DNA of 64,000 nt. Origin: an uncultured Flavobacteriales bacterium. Lineage in GTDB: Bacteria; Bacteroidota; Bacteroidia; CAIKAF01. This document shows, in pieces, positions 50,701 through 60,425 of this stretch. The stretch covers positions 5,728 through 69,727 of the forward strand of contig CAIKAF010000004.1 of NCBI GenBank assembly GCA_903825395.1, read 5' to 3'. A program made the position numbers and the translations under genes. Positions within the stretch are counted from its first letter, which is position 1. Each line of letters starts with the position of its first letter. The notes under the pieces were generated by a model, which worked only from the letters and a program-made list of their open reading frames with translations, ran no database searches and was not told the origin of the DNA.

Positions 50701-51492
50701 GTACATCCATTGCCATTGGCGGGGTTTGTTCCCGATGTGGTTTGCTTTGGTCAAGCCTTCCAGCCCCAAAACACCAGTTCCATTTCAACAGGACAAATCC
50801 AGAACTATTCTTGGAGTTTTGGAGACGGTAGTGGAGGAAGCGGACAAAACCCATCTTATTCCTACGCCGATACCGGGTGGTTTCAAGTTGAACTGGTGGT
50901 AGCCTCAGATGAAGGATGCCTAGACACAAGCAAAGTACCGATCTATGTCTCTCCTGGACCGGAAATTCAGGCCAGCGTCAACCCCGGCTGCTTCGGTCAA
51001 GTAGAATTCTCTCTGCTTCAGCTGCATGGCGACTCGCTCCTGCCACCGGCAGTATGGAATACAGGAGAAAACACTGAGGCTACAGGAAACCCGGCCATCT
51101 ACCAATACCAAAGCGGACCTGGCAGCTATCCTGTTTTGGCGGTGGTTTATGACATATACGGCTGTCGGGGAGAAGACCAGATAACCGCGGATGTTCCTGA
51201 CACCAAAACCTGGGATGACATCTCCTTTCCAAATGTCATTACTCCCAATGGCGACGGACTTAATGATGCCCTGATTTTTGATGCAGACATCGAAAACTGC
51301 TCGCCCTATTTCATCTGGATTTACAACCGTTGGGGCCGGCTGGTTTTTGAAGGAAATTCCGGTGGAGCTGTTTTCAACGGATACAGCCTGGATGGTTCAA
51401 AGTTAGAAGACGGTGTTTACCAATACATTGTTCGGGCAGAAGATGGATCCTTTGAGCGGGTAAACATCCTGAGCCTGTTTGGCCAACCATAA
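47758..51492 (+). CDS. T9SS type B CTD surface protein (IgGFc-binding domain, SprB repeats, PKD domains)
   Basis: ATG 47758 with signal peptide; DTEFWFVAP; YSVLVTDSNGC repeats; WSFGDG; FPNVITPNGDGLND...IYNRWG. Confidence 0.88.
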   Translation: MIRFVLLWLLMPICVFAQTDTEFWFVAPEVQQSHGDRPITVRLSTAQQAASVQITMPINPGFPPINAIIPPNTTQSFDLTLWVDLLENKPADVVLDKALRIVSSSPITAYYEVVTSCNCNPDIFTLKGRNALGTSFMLPFQTFLNNGVGNAWSGFDIVATQPNTSITITPTAAIVGHPAGVPFTITLNMGETWSGVSTSQSFTQRPSGTTITSDKPIAVTIKDDSMNGGVYGGCADLMGDQMIPLPLLGTEYITIKGYLNGPDRVFVMATQNNTQVTIDGTVVGTINAGQSYTHIQSANTAFIQTSLPVYVLHTTGFGCEVGGAVLPTIVCTGSQQIGFTRSTTEFFALNLMVKTGGEGNFTLNGNPNLITAGNFAQVPGSNGNWMYAQIQFNTTDIPQGQASLISNSSHLFHMGVINGGASSGCRYGYFSDYSAYQFDASSTTDSLCQGGNLILSANPLSGAVYQWTGPNNFSSSNQIDTLFNVTPSISGLYHLTGSVGACPVISDSVFVFIQPTPAPAVAAPIGPVCAGDTAFLAASGPGGAIYQWSGPGGFQAQGQQSQVVNINSLQSGWYTVVPLVNGCPGDSDQVWVPVDSVALNAQALSPLCNNGSTGSIVLSIQSGIAPFSYAWNGNLPPQPQQTNLSPGSYSVLVTDSNGCTATYAVTLANPTAISVSLNATPATCPTSIDGVLQAQAGGGTGPLTFQWSHGPTSLNPPSVAGGWYFLTATDSNGCVKTDSILVPAPPPLQAVFDSVVGPQCFGDSNGFISLAASGGPGGYAYAWIGTGYTQSSQNGLAAGNYQIVLTDGLGCDTLFLDTTLQAPPPVVVNASAPSPICQGYSFNLTASGAQSYLWNGGNTTGNSNDTVSTSLQQTTVFTVIGSIGPCSDTAEVQVAVLPSPQANINWTSACVNDTVMLDGSGSQVGNPAQLTQWLWDLNGDGQHDAQQASIGHVFSSSGSKPIRLIIQADNGCIDTVFASAIVHPLPLAGFVPDVVCFGQAFQPQNTSSISTGQIQNYSWSFGDGSGGSGQNPSYSYADTGWFQVELVVASDEGCLDTSKVPIYVSPGPEIQASVNPGCFGQVEFSLLQLHGDSLLPPAVWNTGENTEATGNPAIYQYQSGPGSYPVLAVVYDIYGCRGEDQITADVPDTKTWDDISFPNVITPNGDGLNDALIFDADIENCSPYFIWIYNRWGRLVFEGNSGGAVFNGYSLDGSKLEDGVYQYIVRAEDGSFERVNILSLFGQP

Positions 51493-51498
51493 GGCAAA

Positions 51499-52617
51499 TT
51501 ATCGGATTAATTCAATGACCACCCGCCGGTTCAAATACCGGCCCTCTGAGGTGCTATTGTCAGCCGCCGGTCGATGCGGACCAAACCATTGGGTTAAAAT
51601 TCTAGAGGGGTGCAGGCCGTTTCTAAGCAAATAGTTTTTTACTTCCAGCGTTCGGAGTTCAGATAAATTCATGTTGTAATCGTCCCCCCCCACACTATCT
51701 GTATGCCCACCAAGCATCAGTCTTAGTCTGGGTTTTTTCTGTAAATGAAGCAACAACTTTTTAAGTCGGGCCTCCATATCTGGAGAAAGCTCGAACCGGT
51801 CATGATCAAAATGAACCTGTGTCATTAAATCTACATCCTCCAACTGCTGCTGAACTTCAATTTTAAGTTCCGGATTCAAGGGCTCCAAAGAAACATCATC
51901 CAATAAATAATACGCTCGTTGCCGGGTATTGTACAAAAGGTCTTGAATGTTGCTCCCCGTTGTTCCCCTGTCTTTTTTTGGCGTTTCTGAATCTTCTCTG
52001 AAATTGCCTATCGTCAAATAGTGGTAGGGTTGATTGGGAACAAGGGTGTCTTGAATTAAAATCCACCGGTCGGCACGATCTAAAATCGCTTTAAATTCAA
52101 TTTGAGGAGATAATCTCAATTTTTTAAAAGAATCTTGTTTCACTGGCTTTTCCGAAAAATAAAAGCCCAAATTTCCCGCTGCACAAGGGCTGTTTTTATG
52201 CAAACGAACCCAGGCTTTAAGTAAATACGGTTCACCCGGCACTAAGGGCGCCGCCAAATCCGTTTGAATGTATTCTCTCCAAGCTCCATGAGGCGGACTA
52301 ACTCCGTAGGTAAAGATGCCTATCATGCTTTGACCTCGATGAGCAGAAACCCCCACAATGCTATTCCCCGCCCCGGCAAAATTAGGACATTGCTCATTTT
52401 GAAAAGAGGTGAAAATGTCGGCTGTTGTATAGGTGGGCAGTGTCCAATTGTTCAATGTGAATTCACTGATTTTGGCAACCCATCCACAGGGAACTTCGCC
52501 TTTAAACACCTCAAATCCACCGTTATAAATTAAATTTTGGGAGCGGACAACGGAGCCAACCCCAACAAAAAAAAGAATCAACCACACGGCTTTTGTATGA
52601 TGTTGCTTCTTTTTCAT
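51499..52617 (-). CDS. OmpA C-terminal domain protein
   Basis: HFDHD...GHTDSVG...YNMNLSELR...NRRV; N-terminal QNLIYNGGFE domain. Confidence 0.87.
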   Translation of the reverse strand: MKKKQHHTKAVWLILFFVGVGSVVRSQNLIYNGGFEVFKGEVPCGWVAKISEFTLNNWTLPTYTTADIFTSFQNEQCPNFAGAGNSIVGVSAHRGQSMIGIFTYGVSPPHGAWREYIQTDLAAPLVPGEPYLLKAWVRLHKNSPCAAGNLGFYFSEKPVKQDSFKKLRLSPQIEFKAILDRADRWILIQDTLVPNQPYHYLTIGNFREDSETPKKDRGTTGSNIQDLLYNTRQRAYYLLDDVSLEPLNPELKIEVQQQLEDVDLMTQVHFDHDRFELSPDMEARLKKLLLHLQKKPRLRLMLGGHTDSVGGDDYNMNLSELRTLEVKNYLLRNGLHPSRILTQWFGPHRPAADNSTSEGRYLNRRVVIELIR

Positions 52618-53540
52618 CGCCGATATTCCGCATGATTGCTTTCCAGCATCTGGAGGTAATTTTTAAACCGGTCTGCATGAATTGTTCCCGCGGCCACCTC
52701 AGATATAACGGCACATCCAGGCTCATTGGTATGCAAACAATCGGAATATCTACACCCCTTTTTGGCCCTGAATATCTCCGGAAAAAAATCCCCGAGCTGG
52801 GCATCTTCGATGTCATACAGCCCAAATTCCTTTATTCCAGGAGTATCAATAATTCGGGTTTTAGAATTTAAAAAAAGCATTTCTGCAAAAGTGGTGGTAT
52901 GTTTCCCCTTCTGGTGCTTGTCAGATAGCTCTCCCGTCCTTAAGCTTAAGTCCGGCTTAAGTGCATTTATAAGCGTTGATTTTCCAACACCCGAATGCCC
53001 ACACACCAGGGTGGTTTTACCCAAAAGCCATTCTTCAAGGGGGTGTATTCCTTCTCCTGTTTGAGCAGAAACGGCAAAAACAGGATAGGGCAGACCTTGA
53101 AAATGGGCAAGAAATTGGTCGGCTTCATCCGGATGCTTAACCCATAAATCTGATTTATTAACAACAATGCATGCAGGAATGGAATAGGCCTCTGCCGTCA
53201 CCAAAATACGGTCGATAAACCCCGTACTGGTTCTGGGATTCAACACAGATGCCACCACCCATAAACCATCCAGATTGCTTGCCAAAATATGGGTTTGCTT
53301 ATCTAGCCGCGTTGAAGTTCGAATTAAATAATTTTTTCGGTCTTTAATCTCCTCTATGGTTTGTGGTTGGCCAGGAATGGGATTGGATAAGCGCACCTCG
53401 TCTCCCACCGCAACAGGATTGGTGTGCTTCAGCCCATGCATTCTTATTTTTCCGGCCAATTGAGCCACAACAAATCCTTGAGTGTGGGGCAGCCAAATGA
53501 GATAGTGATTTCCTGTTGAGCGCGTTACAATGCCGTCCAT
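52614..53540 (-). CDS. rsgA: Ribosome small subunit-dependent GTPase A
   Basis: NKSD, GHSGVGKST, GKHTTT, DTPG, CRYSDCLHTNEPGC. Confidence 0.96.
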   Translation of the reverse strand: MDGIVTRSTGNHYLIWLPHTQGFVVAQLAGKIRMHGLKHTNPVAVGDEVRLSNPIPGQPQTIEEIKDRKNYLIRTSTRLDKQTHILASNLDGLWVVASVLNPRTSTGFIDRILVTAEAYSIPACIVVNKSDLWVKHPDEADQFLAHFQGLPYPVFAVSAQTGEGIHPLEEWLLGKTTLVCGHSGVGKSTLINALKPDLSLRTGELSDKHQKGKHTTTFAEMLFLNSKTRIIDTPGIKEFGLYDIEDAQLGDFFPEIFRAKKGCRYSDCLHTNEPGCAVISEVAAGTIHADRFKNYLQMLESNHAEYRR

Positions 53541-53959
53541 AATGAAGAACTAGGATAGGCCAACGCAATGTAAATGAATAAACAAAGGCTCGAAAGTAAA
53601 ATATATCCAAGAAGTGTGCCCAACACCCCGCCGATAAGGCTCCCTGCTTTCCCCTTAAATACTATGGTAACTAGAAGATCTATGCCCAACCCTATTCCCA
53701 ACAGCGACAATGCGTGCAGAATCATATTGGTTTGCAATTCTAGTTTAAACCACAACAATACTCCAACACTAAGCCAAGACAGCAAGCCTCCCGCCAGTCC
53801 GACCCAAAAGGAACGATACAAAGAGTGGTATTCAGACCATTGTAAAATAGATGCCCGAATAAGTACAAATAAAAGAAAGGCAGATCCTGCAATTAGCCCA
53901 TTCAACGGATCTCCAATAAATTGGTCAAAGGCCTCAAACAATATGGAACTCGGCTTCAT
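53525..53959 (-). CDS. Hypothetical membrane protein
   Basis: Four hydrophobic segments; sits between valS and rsgA. Confidence 0.6.
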   Translation of the reverse strand: MKPSSILFEAFDQFIGDPLNGLIAGSAFLLFVLIRASILQWSEYHSLYRSFWVGLAGGLLSWLSVGVLLWFKLELQTNMILHALSLLGIGLGIDLLVTIVFKGKAGSLIGGVLGTLLGYILLSSLCLFIYIALAYPSSSLWTAL

Positions 53960-53983
53960 CGTGGTAAGTTACACTTTTTACGA

Positions 53984-56641
53984 TTATTCTTTCCTCCAAT
54001 CTTTGAGTTGCTTTTCTAGGGCCTCAAGCTTGGCCTGTGCATCGGCCTCTTTTTGACGTTCTATGGCCACGACTTCAGGTTTGGCATTCGCCACAAATCG
54101 TTCGTTGCTCAGTTTCTTTCGCACACTTTCTATAAAGCCCATTAGATATTCCTGTTCCTTTTCAATCCGTTCCATTTCGGCTTTGGTGTCTATAAAACCC
54201 TCTGCAGGAATAGAACAGGTCCATTGCTTCACCTGAAAGGAAAATACTTCCCGAGGAGGGGCCTGACCCGTTTCAACCCGTTCAATAAACGCCAAATGGA
54301 AAAGCAGTGGCTCAAGTTCCGAATTCCATTGTATTTGTTCGGTCCCCGAGACATATAGGGTTAGGGGCAATTTCGATCCAATACCATGCTGCTGTCGGAT
54401 AGCCCGAACTTGGGTGATGACCTCAAAAAGCAATTCCATGTTCAATAAAACATCTGGGTCAGCGCTACCATTAAATCGCGGTTGCTGTTCGGTCACTAAA
54501 CTTTGCCCCGATTGCCGTAAGCGCAAACCCTGCCAAATTTCCTCCGTTATAAAAGGAATAAACGGGTGCAATAGGGTACACAATTGTTCCAAACGAGTTG
54601 TTGCTGCTTCAACCAACGCAGCAGAGGGGTTGAATCCTGTTTGAGGCTTTAACATTTCAAGGTACCAGCTGCAGAAATCATCCCAGGTTAACTTATACAA
54701 AGTCATTAAGGCTTCATTGATTCGAAACTGCTCGAACTGATGATTCAGCTTCGAAGCAACATCCTGAATGCGCGCATCCATCCAACGGTCGGTAAGCCGT
54801 ATGCGAACCTGTTCAGATTCGTCTATTGTACCTGTTTGCTCTTCTGCCTGGGCTTTCCAATGCATCACCAAACGATAGGCGTTCCAAAGTTTATGAGTGA
54901 AATTCTTTCCTTGTTGGCACAAGTTTTCATTAAATAAAAGGTCATTCCCGGCGGGGGCACTCAACAGCATGCCTACCCGAACTCCGTCCGCCCCATGAAT
55001 GCGAATTAAATCCAGGGGGTCGGGAGAATTACCTAAACTCTTTGACATTTTTCTTCGTTGCTCGTCTCGAACAATGCCAGTAAAGTAAACGTTTTTAAAC
55101 GGAGCCTTGCCTTGAAAAGCATAGCCGGCCATGATCATCCGTGCCACCCAAAAGAACATAATTTCAGGGGCCGTAACCAAATCATTGGTAGGATAATAAT
55201 ATTGAATTTCGGGGTTTCCCGGAGTTTTAAATCCATCAAAAACCGATATCGGCCACAGCCAGGAGCTAAACCAGGTGTCCAATACATCCTCATCCTGAGA
55301 AATTTGTTTAAATCCCGGATGAATGGATGCCATTTTAATCTTTGCCTCCGATTCCGTCAAGGCCACCACTACATTTCCCTGCTCATCATACCAGGCAGGA
55401 ATGCGCTGCCCCCACCACAACTGACGACTAATGCACCAATCTTTGATGTTCTCAATCCAGTGTCGATAGGTGTTTTTAAACTTGGCCGGATGAAATTGAA
55501 TTTCATCCTGCATAACCGCATCCAGCACCTGAGGATATTTTTGCATGAAAGCCTTCATGTCCACAAACCACTGCATCGAAAGCCTCGGCTCAATAACGGC
55601 CTGTGTGCGTTCAGAATGACCCAATTGTTGTAGGTATTCCTCCGTTTTAACCAAAAGACCTGATTCGTCGGCTGCTTTTACCACCGCCTTTCGGCCTTCG
55701 AATCGATCTAATCCCGCAAATTGGCCCGCCAAATCTGTTAGATGGCCGGTTTCGGTTAAGGAATCGGGAGCGGGCAACTGATGCCGTTGCCCCAAGGCAT
55801 AATCGTTGGGGTCGTGGGCTGGAGTTACTTTTAAGCATCCCGTACCGAAATCGGCACTAACATAATCATCCGCAATAACAGGCACCCAAAGATCGGTTAG
55901 CGGTACCCGGACTTTTTTCCCCACCCAGTTTGTGTACCGCTCATCGGAAGGATTCACGCAAACCGCTACATCGGCAAAAATGGTTTCTGGCCGGCTTGTG
56001 GCTACCACTAAGAATGTACCAGGATCTTCGCCCTCATACTTCAAATGAAATAGAGCCCCTGCCACTTCCTTATGAATAACCTCTTCATCAGACAAGGCCG
56101 TTCTTCCTACAGGATCCCAGTTTACCATACGCACTCCACGGTAAATAAGCCCTTGATCGTGAAGCTGCACAAAAACCTCTTGCACCGCTTGGCTCAAATC
56201 CGGTTCCATAGTAAATCGGGTTCTGTCCCAATCGCAAGAGGCACCTAATTTTTTAAGTTGTTCGAGAATAATTCCTCCATATTTTTCTTTCCAATCCCAA
56301 GCATGCTTTAAAAATTCGTCCCGCCCAATTTCATTCTTTTTTATCCCCTGTTCTTTTAACAAGGCCACAACTTTCGCTTCTGTGGCAATAGAGGCATGGT
56401 CTGTGCCCGGCACCCAACACGCATTTTTAGATTGCATCCTGGCCCGTCGTATCAACACATCCTGAATGGTGTTATTCAGCATATGCCCCATATGCAACAC
56501 CCCTGTTACATTGGGCGGAGGAATTACTATGGTATAGGATTCCCTATCATCTGGGGTTGATTTAAAAAAACCGTTTTTTAACCAGTAGGAGTACCAGTAA
56601 TCTTCGCGCTGATTTGATTCAAACTGCTTAGCAATATCCAT
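53984..56641 (-). CDS. valS: Valine--tRNA ligase
   Basis: PPPNVTGVLHMGH, DWCISRQLWWG, KMSKS, C-terminal coiled coil. Confidence 0.97.
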   Translation of the reverse strand: MDIAKQFESNQREDYWYSYWLKNGFFKSTPDDRESYTIVIPPPNVTGVLHMGHMLNNTIQDVLIRRARMQSKNACWVPGTDHASIATEAKVVALLKEQGIKKNEIGRDEFLKHAWDWKEKYGGIILEQLKKLGASCDWDRTRFTMEPDLSQAVQEVFVQLHDQGLIYRGVRMVNWDPVGRTALSDEEVIHKEVAGALFHLKYEGEDPGTFLVVATSRPETIFADVAVCVNPSDERYTNWVGKKVRVPLTDLWVPVIADDYVSADFGTGCLKVTPAHDPNDYALGQRHQLPAPDSLTETGHLTDLAGQFAGLDRFEGRKAVVKAADESGLLVKTEEYLQQLGHSERTQAVIEPRLSMQWFVDMKAFMQKYPQVLDAVMQDEIQFHPAKFKNTYRHWIENIKDWCISRQLWWGQRIPAWYDEQGNVVVALTESEAKIKMASIHPGFKQISQDEDVLDTWFSSWLWPISVFDGFKTPGNPEIQYYYPTNDLVTAPEIMFFWVARMIMAGYAFQGKAPFKNVYFTGIVRDEQRRKMSKSLGNSPDPLDLIRIHGADGVRVGMLLSAPAGNDLLFNENLCQQGKNFTHKLWNAYRLVMHWKAQAEEQTGTIDESEQVRIRLTDRWMDARIQDVASKLNHQFEQFRINEALMTLYKLTWDDFCSWYLEMLKPQTGFNPSAALVEAATTRLEQLCTLLHPFIPFITEEIWQGLRLRQSGQSLVTEQQPRFNGSADPDVLLNMELLFEVITQVRAIRQQHGIGSKLPLTLYVSGTEQIQWNSELEPLLFHLAFIERVETGQAPPREVFSFQVKQWTCSIPAEGFIDTKAEMERIEKEQEYLMGFIESVRKKLSNERFVANAKPEVVAIERQKEADAQAKLEALEKQLKDWRKE

Positions 56642-56713
56642 GTAACGAAATCGTTTGTAGGTTCAAAAGTAAAAAGGATTTTCCGGCATCTTTCCCAGAA
56701 ACGGGTTGAATTG

Positions 56714-57469
56714 TTATCCATTCCAAATTTCAGCCCATACTGTATCGGAAAGAAGCTCCCCGGCTAGGCTGCTGGCACCAATTCTAAAGGTAGCCGGAGC
56801 AATGTCCCAATTCAATTCCTTTTCAACCAAAGAAATGTACTCCAATGCCGTTTGTTTATCGCGAATTCCACCAGAAACCTTGATGCCTGCAGAAGAATTC
56901 GGCTGACTTTTTAAAGCAGAACAAAAAACCTGAACCGCCGACCTAGTAGCCCCAACAGGTATTTTCCCTGTGGAAGTCTTAAGGAAATTGGCGCCCCCCA
57001 ACAGCGCTTGATTGGCCATTTTCAACAACAGGTCTTGATTTTGAATCTGACCGCTTTCCAAAATTACTTTTAGGGATACAAGGCCACAGGCTTCGCGAGC
57101 AAATCGCACCTCTTCATACACCGATTCCCCATCGCTTTCAATGGCCGCGCCTCGATCAACCACCCAATCTATCTCTTGGGCTCCGGCATCAATAGCCCGC
57201 TTTGTTTCATCTACTTTAAGCCCAATCTCAGCCTTTCCGGAAGGAAAATTTCCGGTAACAGCAGCCAATGGTATAGAAAGCCCCCCAATTCCTTGCTTTG
57301 CCGCTTTGATTAAGGTAGAATAAACACAAATGGCCGCAGGCTTAAATTGTCCTTCAGACGCCTCAGATACCCGAGCTATTTTTTGACTCCATTGGCGTAT
57401 TCCAGATTCCGTATCCAAATCGCCCAACGATGTTATATCTAAAAGACCAAATATTTGTTCATCTTTCAT
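56714..57469 (-). CDS. deoC: Deoxyribose-phosphate aldolase
   Basis: LDITSL, FPSG, LKVILESG, FLKTSTGK, IKVSGGIR, RIGASS. Confidence 0.92.
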   Translation of the reverse strand: MKDEQIFGLLDITSLGDLDTESGIRQWSQKIARVSEASEGQFKPAAICVYSTLIKAAKQGIGGLSIPLAAVTGNFPSGKAEIGLKVDETKRAIDAGAQEIDWVVDRGAAIESDGESVYEEVRFAREACGLVSLKVILESGQIQNQDLLLKMANQALLGGANFLKTSTGKIPVGATRSAVQVFCSALKSQPNSSAGIKVSGGIRDKQTALEYISLVEKELNWDIAPATFRIGASSLAGELLSDTVWAEIWNG

Positions 57470-57582
57470 GCCGCAAAATTATTCTTTAATCCATGGCTCT
57501 AAATGAAAAGTCTGAAATTAAAACGGGGAAACTTGGTTTGTTGTTAAATTTAAAATAACTTAACACTCGGAAAAAATACGGG

Positions 57583-58446
57583 ATGCCAAACTCTGCCATA
57601 CGCTTATATGTACCAAATTACTTTTATAAAGTAGGGCTAGAACGCATGCTGAAAGTTCGCCTTGAAGGTATGGCTCTTCCTTCTCAAGTAAATCACGCCT
57701 TGGGATCAGAGCTGTCGGGCGCCGATGGTTTTATTGCTGGCATTGAGGCTCTGCATTCGGGCGAAATTGATGCTCTGGCTTGCAGTGGAAGGCACTTGCC
57801 TTTAAAATTGCCCGCCGGACTTAATATTGCCGGAGCCCTTTTTGGAAGTTCAAGAAACATGGCCGTTACCGGAGATGCATCCCATCCCGACTTTTTTTAT
57901 TGCAGCGACCTTACCGGAACCATCGCCTATCAGAATGCGTTTCCTTCCGCCATTCGCCTTGGCGGATACAATCATGCTCCACAAGCCGGAACCGGCGTTG
58001 CTGTGCACCGTCTTTTAAGCCAATCTGAACTGGATTTAACCGGCGTTTCTGAAAGTCAATACCGCTTGTTGGATTGGCTGGTACCCCATCCCGGTGCTGG
58101 ACTATGGGTGTTGCTTACCTTACGCCGAAGGGTAGAGAAAAAGTGGCCCCTACTCGCCATTTCAGACCCCCTGGCGCTATTGGTACTAAAAATGGAGCGT
58201 CGAATAGCTCGATACCTTGAAAAAAAACACCGTTTGTACTCGGGAGTACAACTAATCCCCGATGCAAAAGGAAATAGAATGAATTTGAGGGTGTGTATTC
58301 CTTCCAGCGACCAACACAAATCATTTCATTACAGCACAAGCATCCCCTTTCAACATGCCGATAAATGGGTGGAAAAGGCCCTTGAAGAAATGGAAGTTAT
58401 GGGGGTTCACCGCCATACCCGCCGGGCATTTGTTCATTACTCTTAA
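57583..58446 (+). CDS. Divergent HemC (porphobilinogen deaminase)-like protein lacking catalytic residues
   Basis: FIAGIEALHSGEIDALACSGRHLPLKLPAGL; LDWLVPHPGAG; MERRIARYLE. Confidence 0.6.
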   Translation: MPNSAIRLYVPNYFYKVGLERMLKVRLEGMALPSQVNHALGSELSGADGFIAGIEALHSGEIDALACSGRHLPLKLPAGLNIAGALFGSSRNMAVTGDASHPDFFYCSDLTGTIAYQNAFPSAIRLGGYNHAPQAGTGVAVHRLLSQSELDLTGVSESQYRLLDWLVPHPGAGLWVLLTLRRRVEKKWPLLAISDPLALLVLKMERRIARYLEKKHRLYSGVQLIPDAKGNRMNLRVCIPSSDQHKSFHYSTSIPFQHADKWVEKALEEMEVMGVHRHTRRAFVHYS

Positions 58447-58464
58447 GGCTGCGATCTTTGCGGC

Positions 58465-59355
58465 ATGAATATCGCCGTTTGGGCTCTAATTGCCGTTAAT
58501 GTTTTATATGGCATCAATTATGCCGTAGCTAAAACCATTATGCCTGAGCCCATCCTTCCTTCGGGCATCATCTTTTTACGCTCCGCCGGAGCCCTTCTGC
58601 TGTTTTGGCTGTCCTCTTTTTTCCTGAACTCTAAAACCAAAATTGAAAAGAAAGATTGGATTCGATTGTTCCTCTGCGGCCTATTTGGCGTTATGCTAAA
58701 CCAAACTTTATTCTTTGAAGGTCTTAGCCGAAGTAGTCCGGTCGAGGCAGCACTCGTCATGACCATTAATCCTGTTTTGGTGCTTATAATCTCCGCCATG
58801 TTGGGATATGAACACATGAAAAAAATGAAATGGCTGGGAATCGCGCTCAGCGGTGCTGGAGCTGCGGCACTAATTCTACAGCGCCAAGAAGGCTTGATTT
58901 TTTCAGAAAGCCACGGGTTTGGAAATCTTTTGGTGTTGCTCAATGCGGCATCGTATGCGGTCTTTCTTGTTTTGGTCAAACCCTTGATGAGGAAATATCC
59001 CCCTTTATTGGTAATTACCTGGGTGTTTACATTTGGAATGCCCCTGACTGCGATTCTTGGAATACCCAACCTGGCTCCCAGTCAGCCGGACCTATGGTCG
59101 GCCTCGGTATGGTGGGCCTTGGCATTTGTTATAGTAGGGGTAACATTCCTGGCTTATCTGCTAAATGTGTACGCCTTGAAGCAGGTTAACGCAAGTGTGG
59201 TGAGCGCCTTTATTTATTTGCAACCATTGGTGGCCGGAATTATTCAATTGATCTTCGCTGATTTTTATTTTTCATGGACTCTATTCCTGGGTAGTATTTC
59301 TATATTTCTAGGACTTTATTTGGTGGTCTATTCTCCAAATGTTAAGGGTTTGTAA
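58465..59355 (+). CDS. DMT/EamA family transporter
   Basis: About 10 TM segments; LFFEGL, VVSAFIYLQPL. Confidence 0.9.
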   Translation: MNIAVWALIAVNVLYGINYAVAKTIMPEPILPSGIIFLRSAGALLLFWLSSFFLNSKTKIEKKDWIRLFLCGLFGVMLNQTLFFEGLSRSSPVEAALVMTINPVLVLIISAMLGYEHMKKMKWLGIALSGAGAAALILQRQEGLIFSESHGFGNLLVLLNAASYAVFLVLVKPLMRKYPPLLVITWVFTFGMPLTAILGIPNLAPSQPDLWSASVWWALAFVIVGVTFLAYLLNVYALKQVNASVVSAFIYLQPLVAGIIQLIFADFYFSWTLFLGSISIFLGLYLVVYSPNVKGL

Positions 59356-59766
59356 CTGATATCAACACAGAAAAACCCCTTTACTTTTGGCTAATAAAGA
59401 CTCAATCGCCATCCCTTTTCTAAGACCCCAACATCCCCTACAAATGCAACTTTTGCTGCGCCTTTATGACAAGAAAACAAGGGCATAAATCCCCCCTTGA
59501 TTTACAAAATAGGTTTGAATACCCTGTTAAAAGGGTCTATCCAATTTGACCATTGGCTTGCCCATCCCTGAACACAGAATCACACACCAAGCAGATTCCC
59601 TGTTCGTTTGGATATGCCCAGATCCCCTCCCTCCTGCCAATACCCTGCAACAAGTCCCCGTCTCCCGATTCCCAAATGCCTATGGAATCCCCACCGCATA
59701 CTACGGTTGGTTCTTGCCCACAAATCTCAATGAGGATCCCTAAGCCCTTCGTTTGACCAAAAATCG

Positions 59767-60141
59767 CTACGATTGAGGCATTTGCTGCTTATGCACTAAG
59801 GCAAAATGAGCCGCATCCGCCTCCGTTTTCAACCCAATATCATAACAGAAGTACTTGATAGGCCCTTCATTCGCTACAACTACCTCCGTGGCAAAACCAA
59901 AGGCAAAACCCATAATCTCCAGCTCCTCTAAACTCGCTCGTACTCGCCCAGAATCCATCAAACGCTTTAAAATTTTTCGATTCTGCTTTAAAATCCGATT
60001 GATCCGCCGAAATTCGTTCCGCTCCTTTACGTTTAGTTTGTTGAAGAACGAGCATCGACAAGCGTCCGAACAAAATTTTTTGTCAATCCGACCAATTAAA
60101 GGCTCTTTACATACTTTACAGTTGCTTTTTTTCATACGCAT
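59767..60141 (-). CDS. Conserved Bacteroidota zinc-ribbon protein
   Basis: CKVCKEPLIGRIDKKFCSDACR...NRILKQNRKIL...FCYDIG. Confidence 0.78.
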   Translation of the reverse strand: MRMKKSNCKVCKEPLIGRIDKKFCSDACRCSFFNKLNVKERNEFRRINRILKQNRKILKRLMDSGRVRASLEELEIMGFAFGFATEVVVANEGPIKYFCYDIGLKTEADAAHFALVHKQQMPQS

Positions 60142-60425
60142 CCCAGATGTTAATGTTTCCCAAAAGAAAGATACACGATGCCGCGGAAAGTCGCAAGTGT
60201 TTTTGTTAAAAATACCTCACTTTTTTTCGACAAAAAAACACAATATTCTGTATATCAGTCATTTAAAATCACAACTCCTCCTCTGCCTAAAAACCAGAAA
60301 TACCTATCCCCCATTTCCCCATTATTCGGTTAGCCTACGTACCTTTGAGCCCTGTTGTTTCTAGAATTTGAAATTACATTTACATTGATTACACCTCAAT
60401 TAAATGGCTTTTTTGCTCGCATAAA

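Noticed and set aside
59356-59766. Small ORFs at 59546 and 59553
   Set aside because: C-rich low-complexity translations with no motif or clear start signal.
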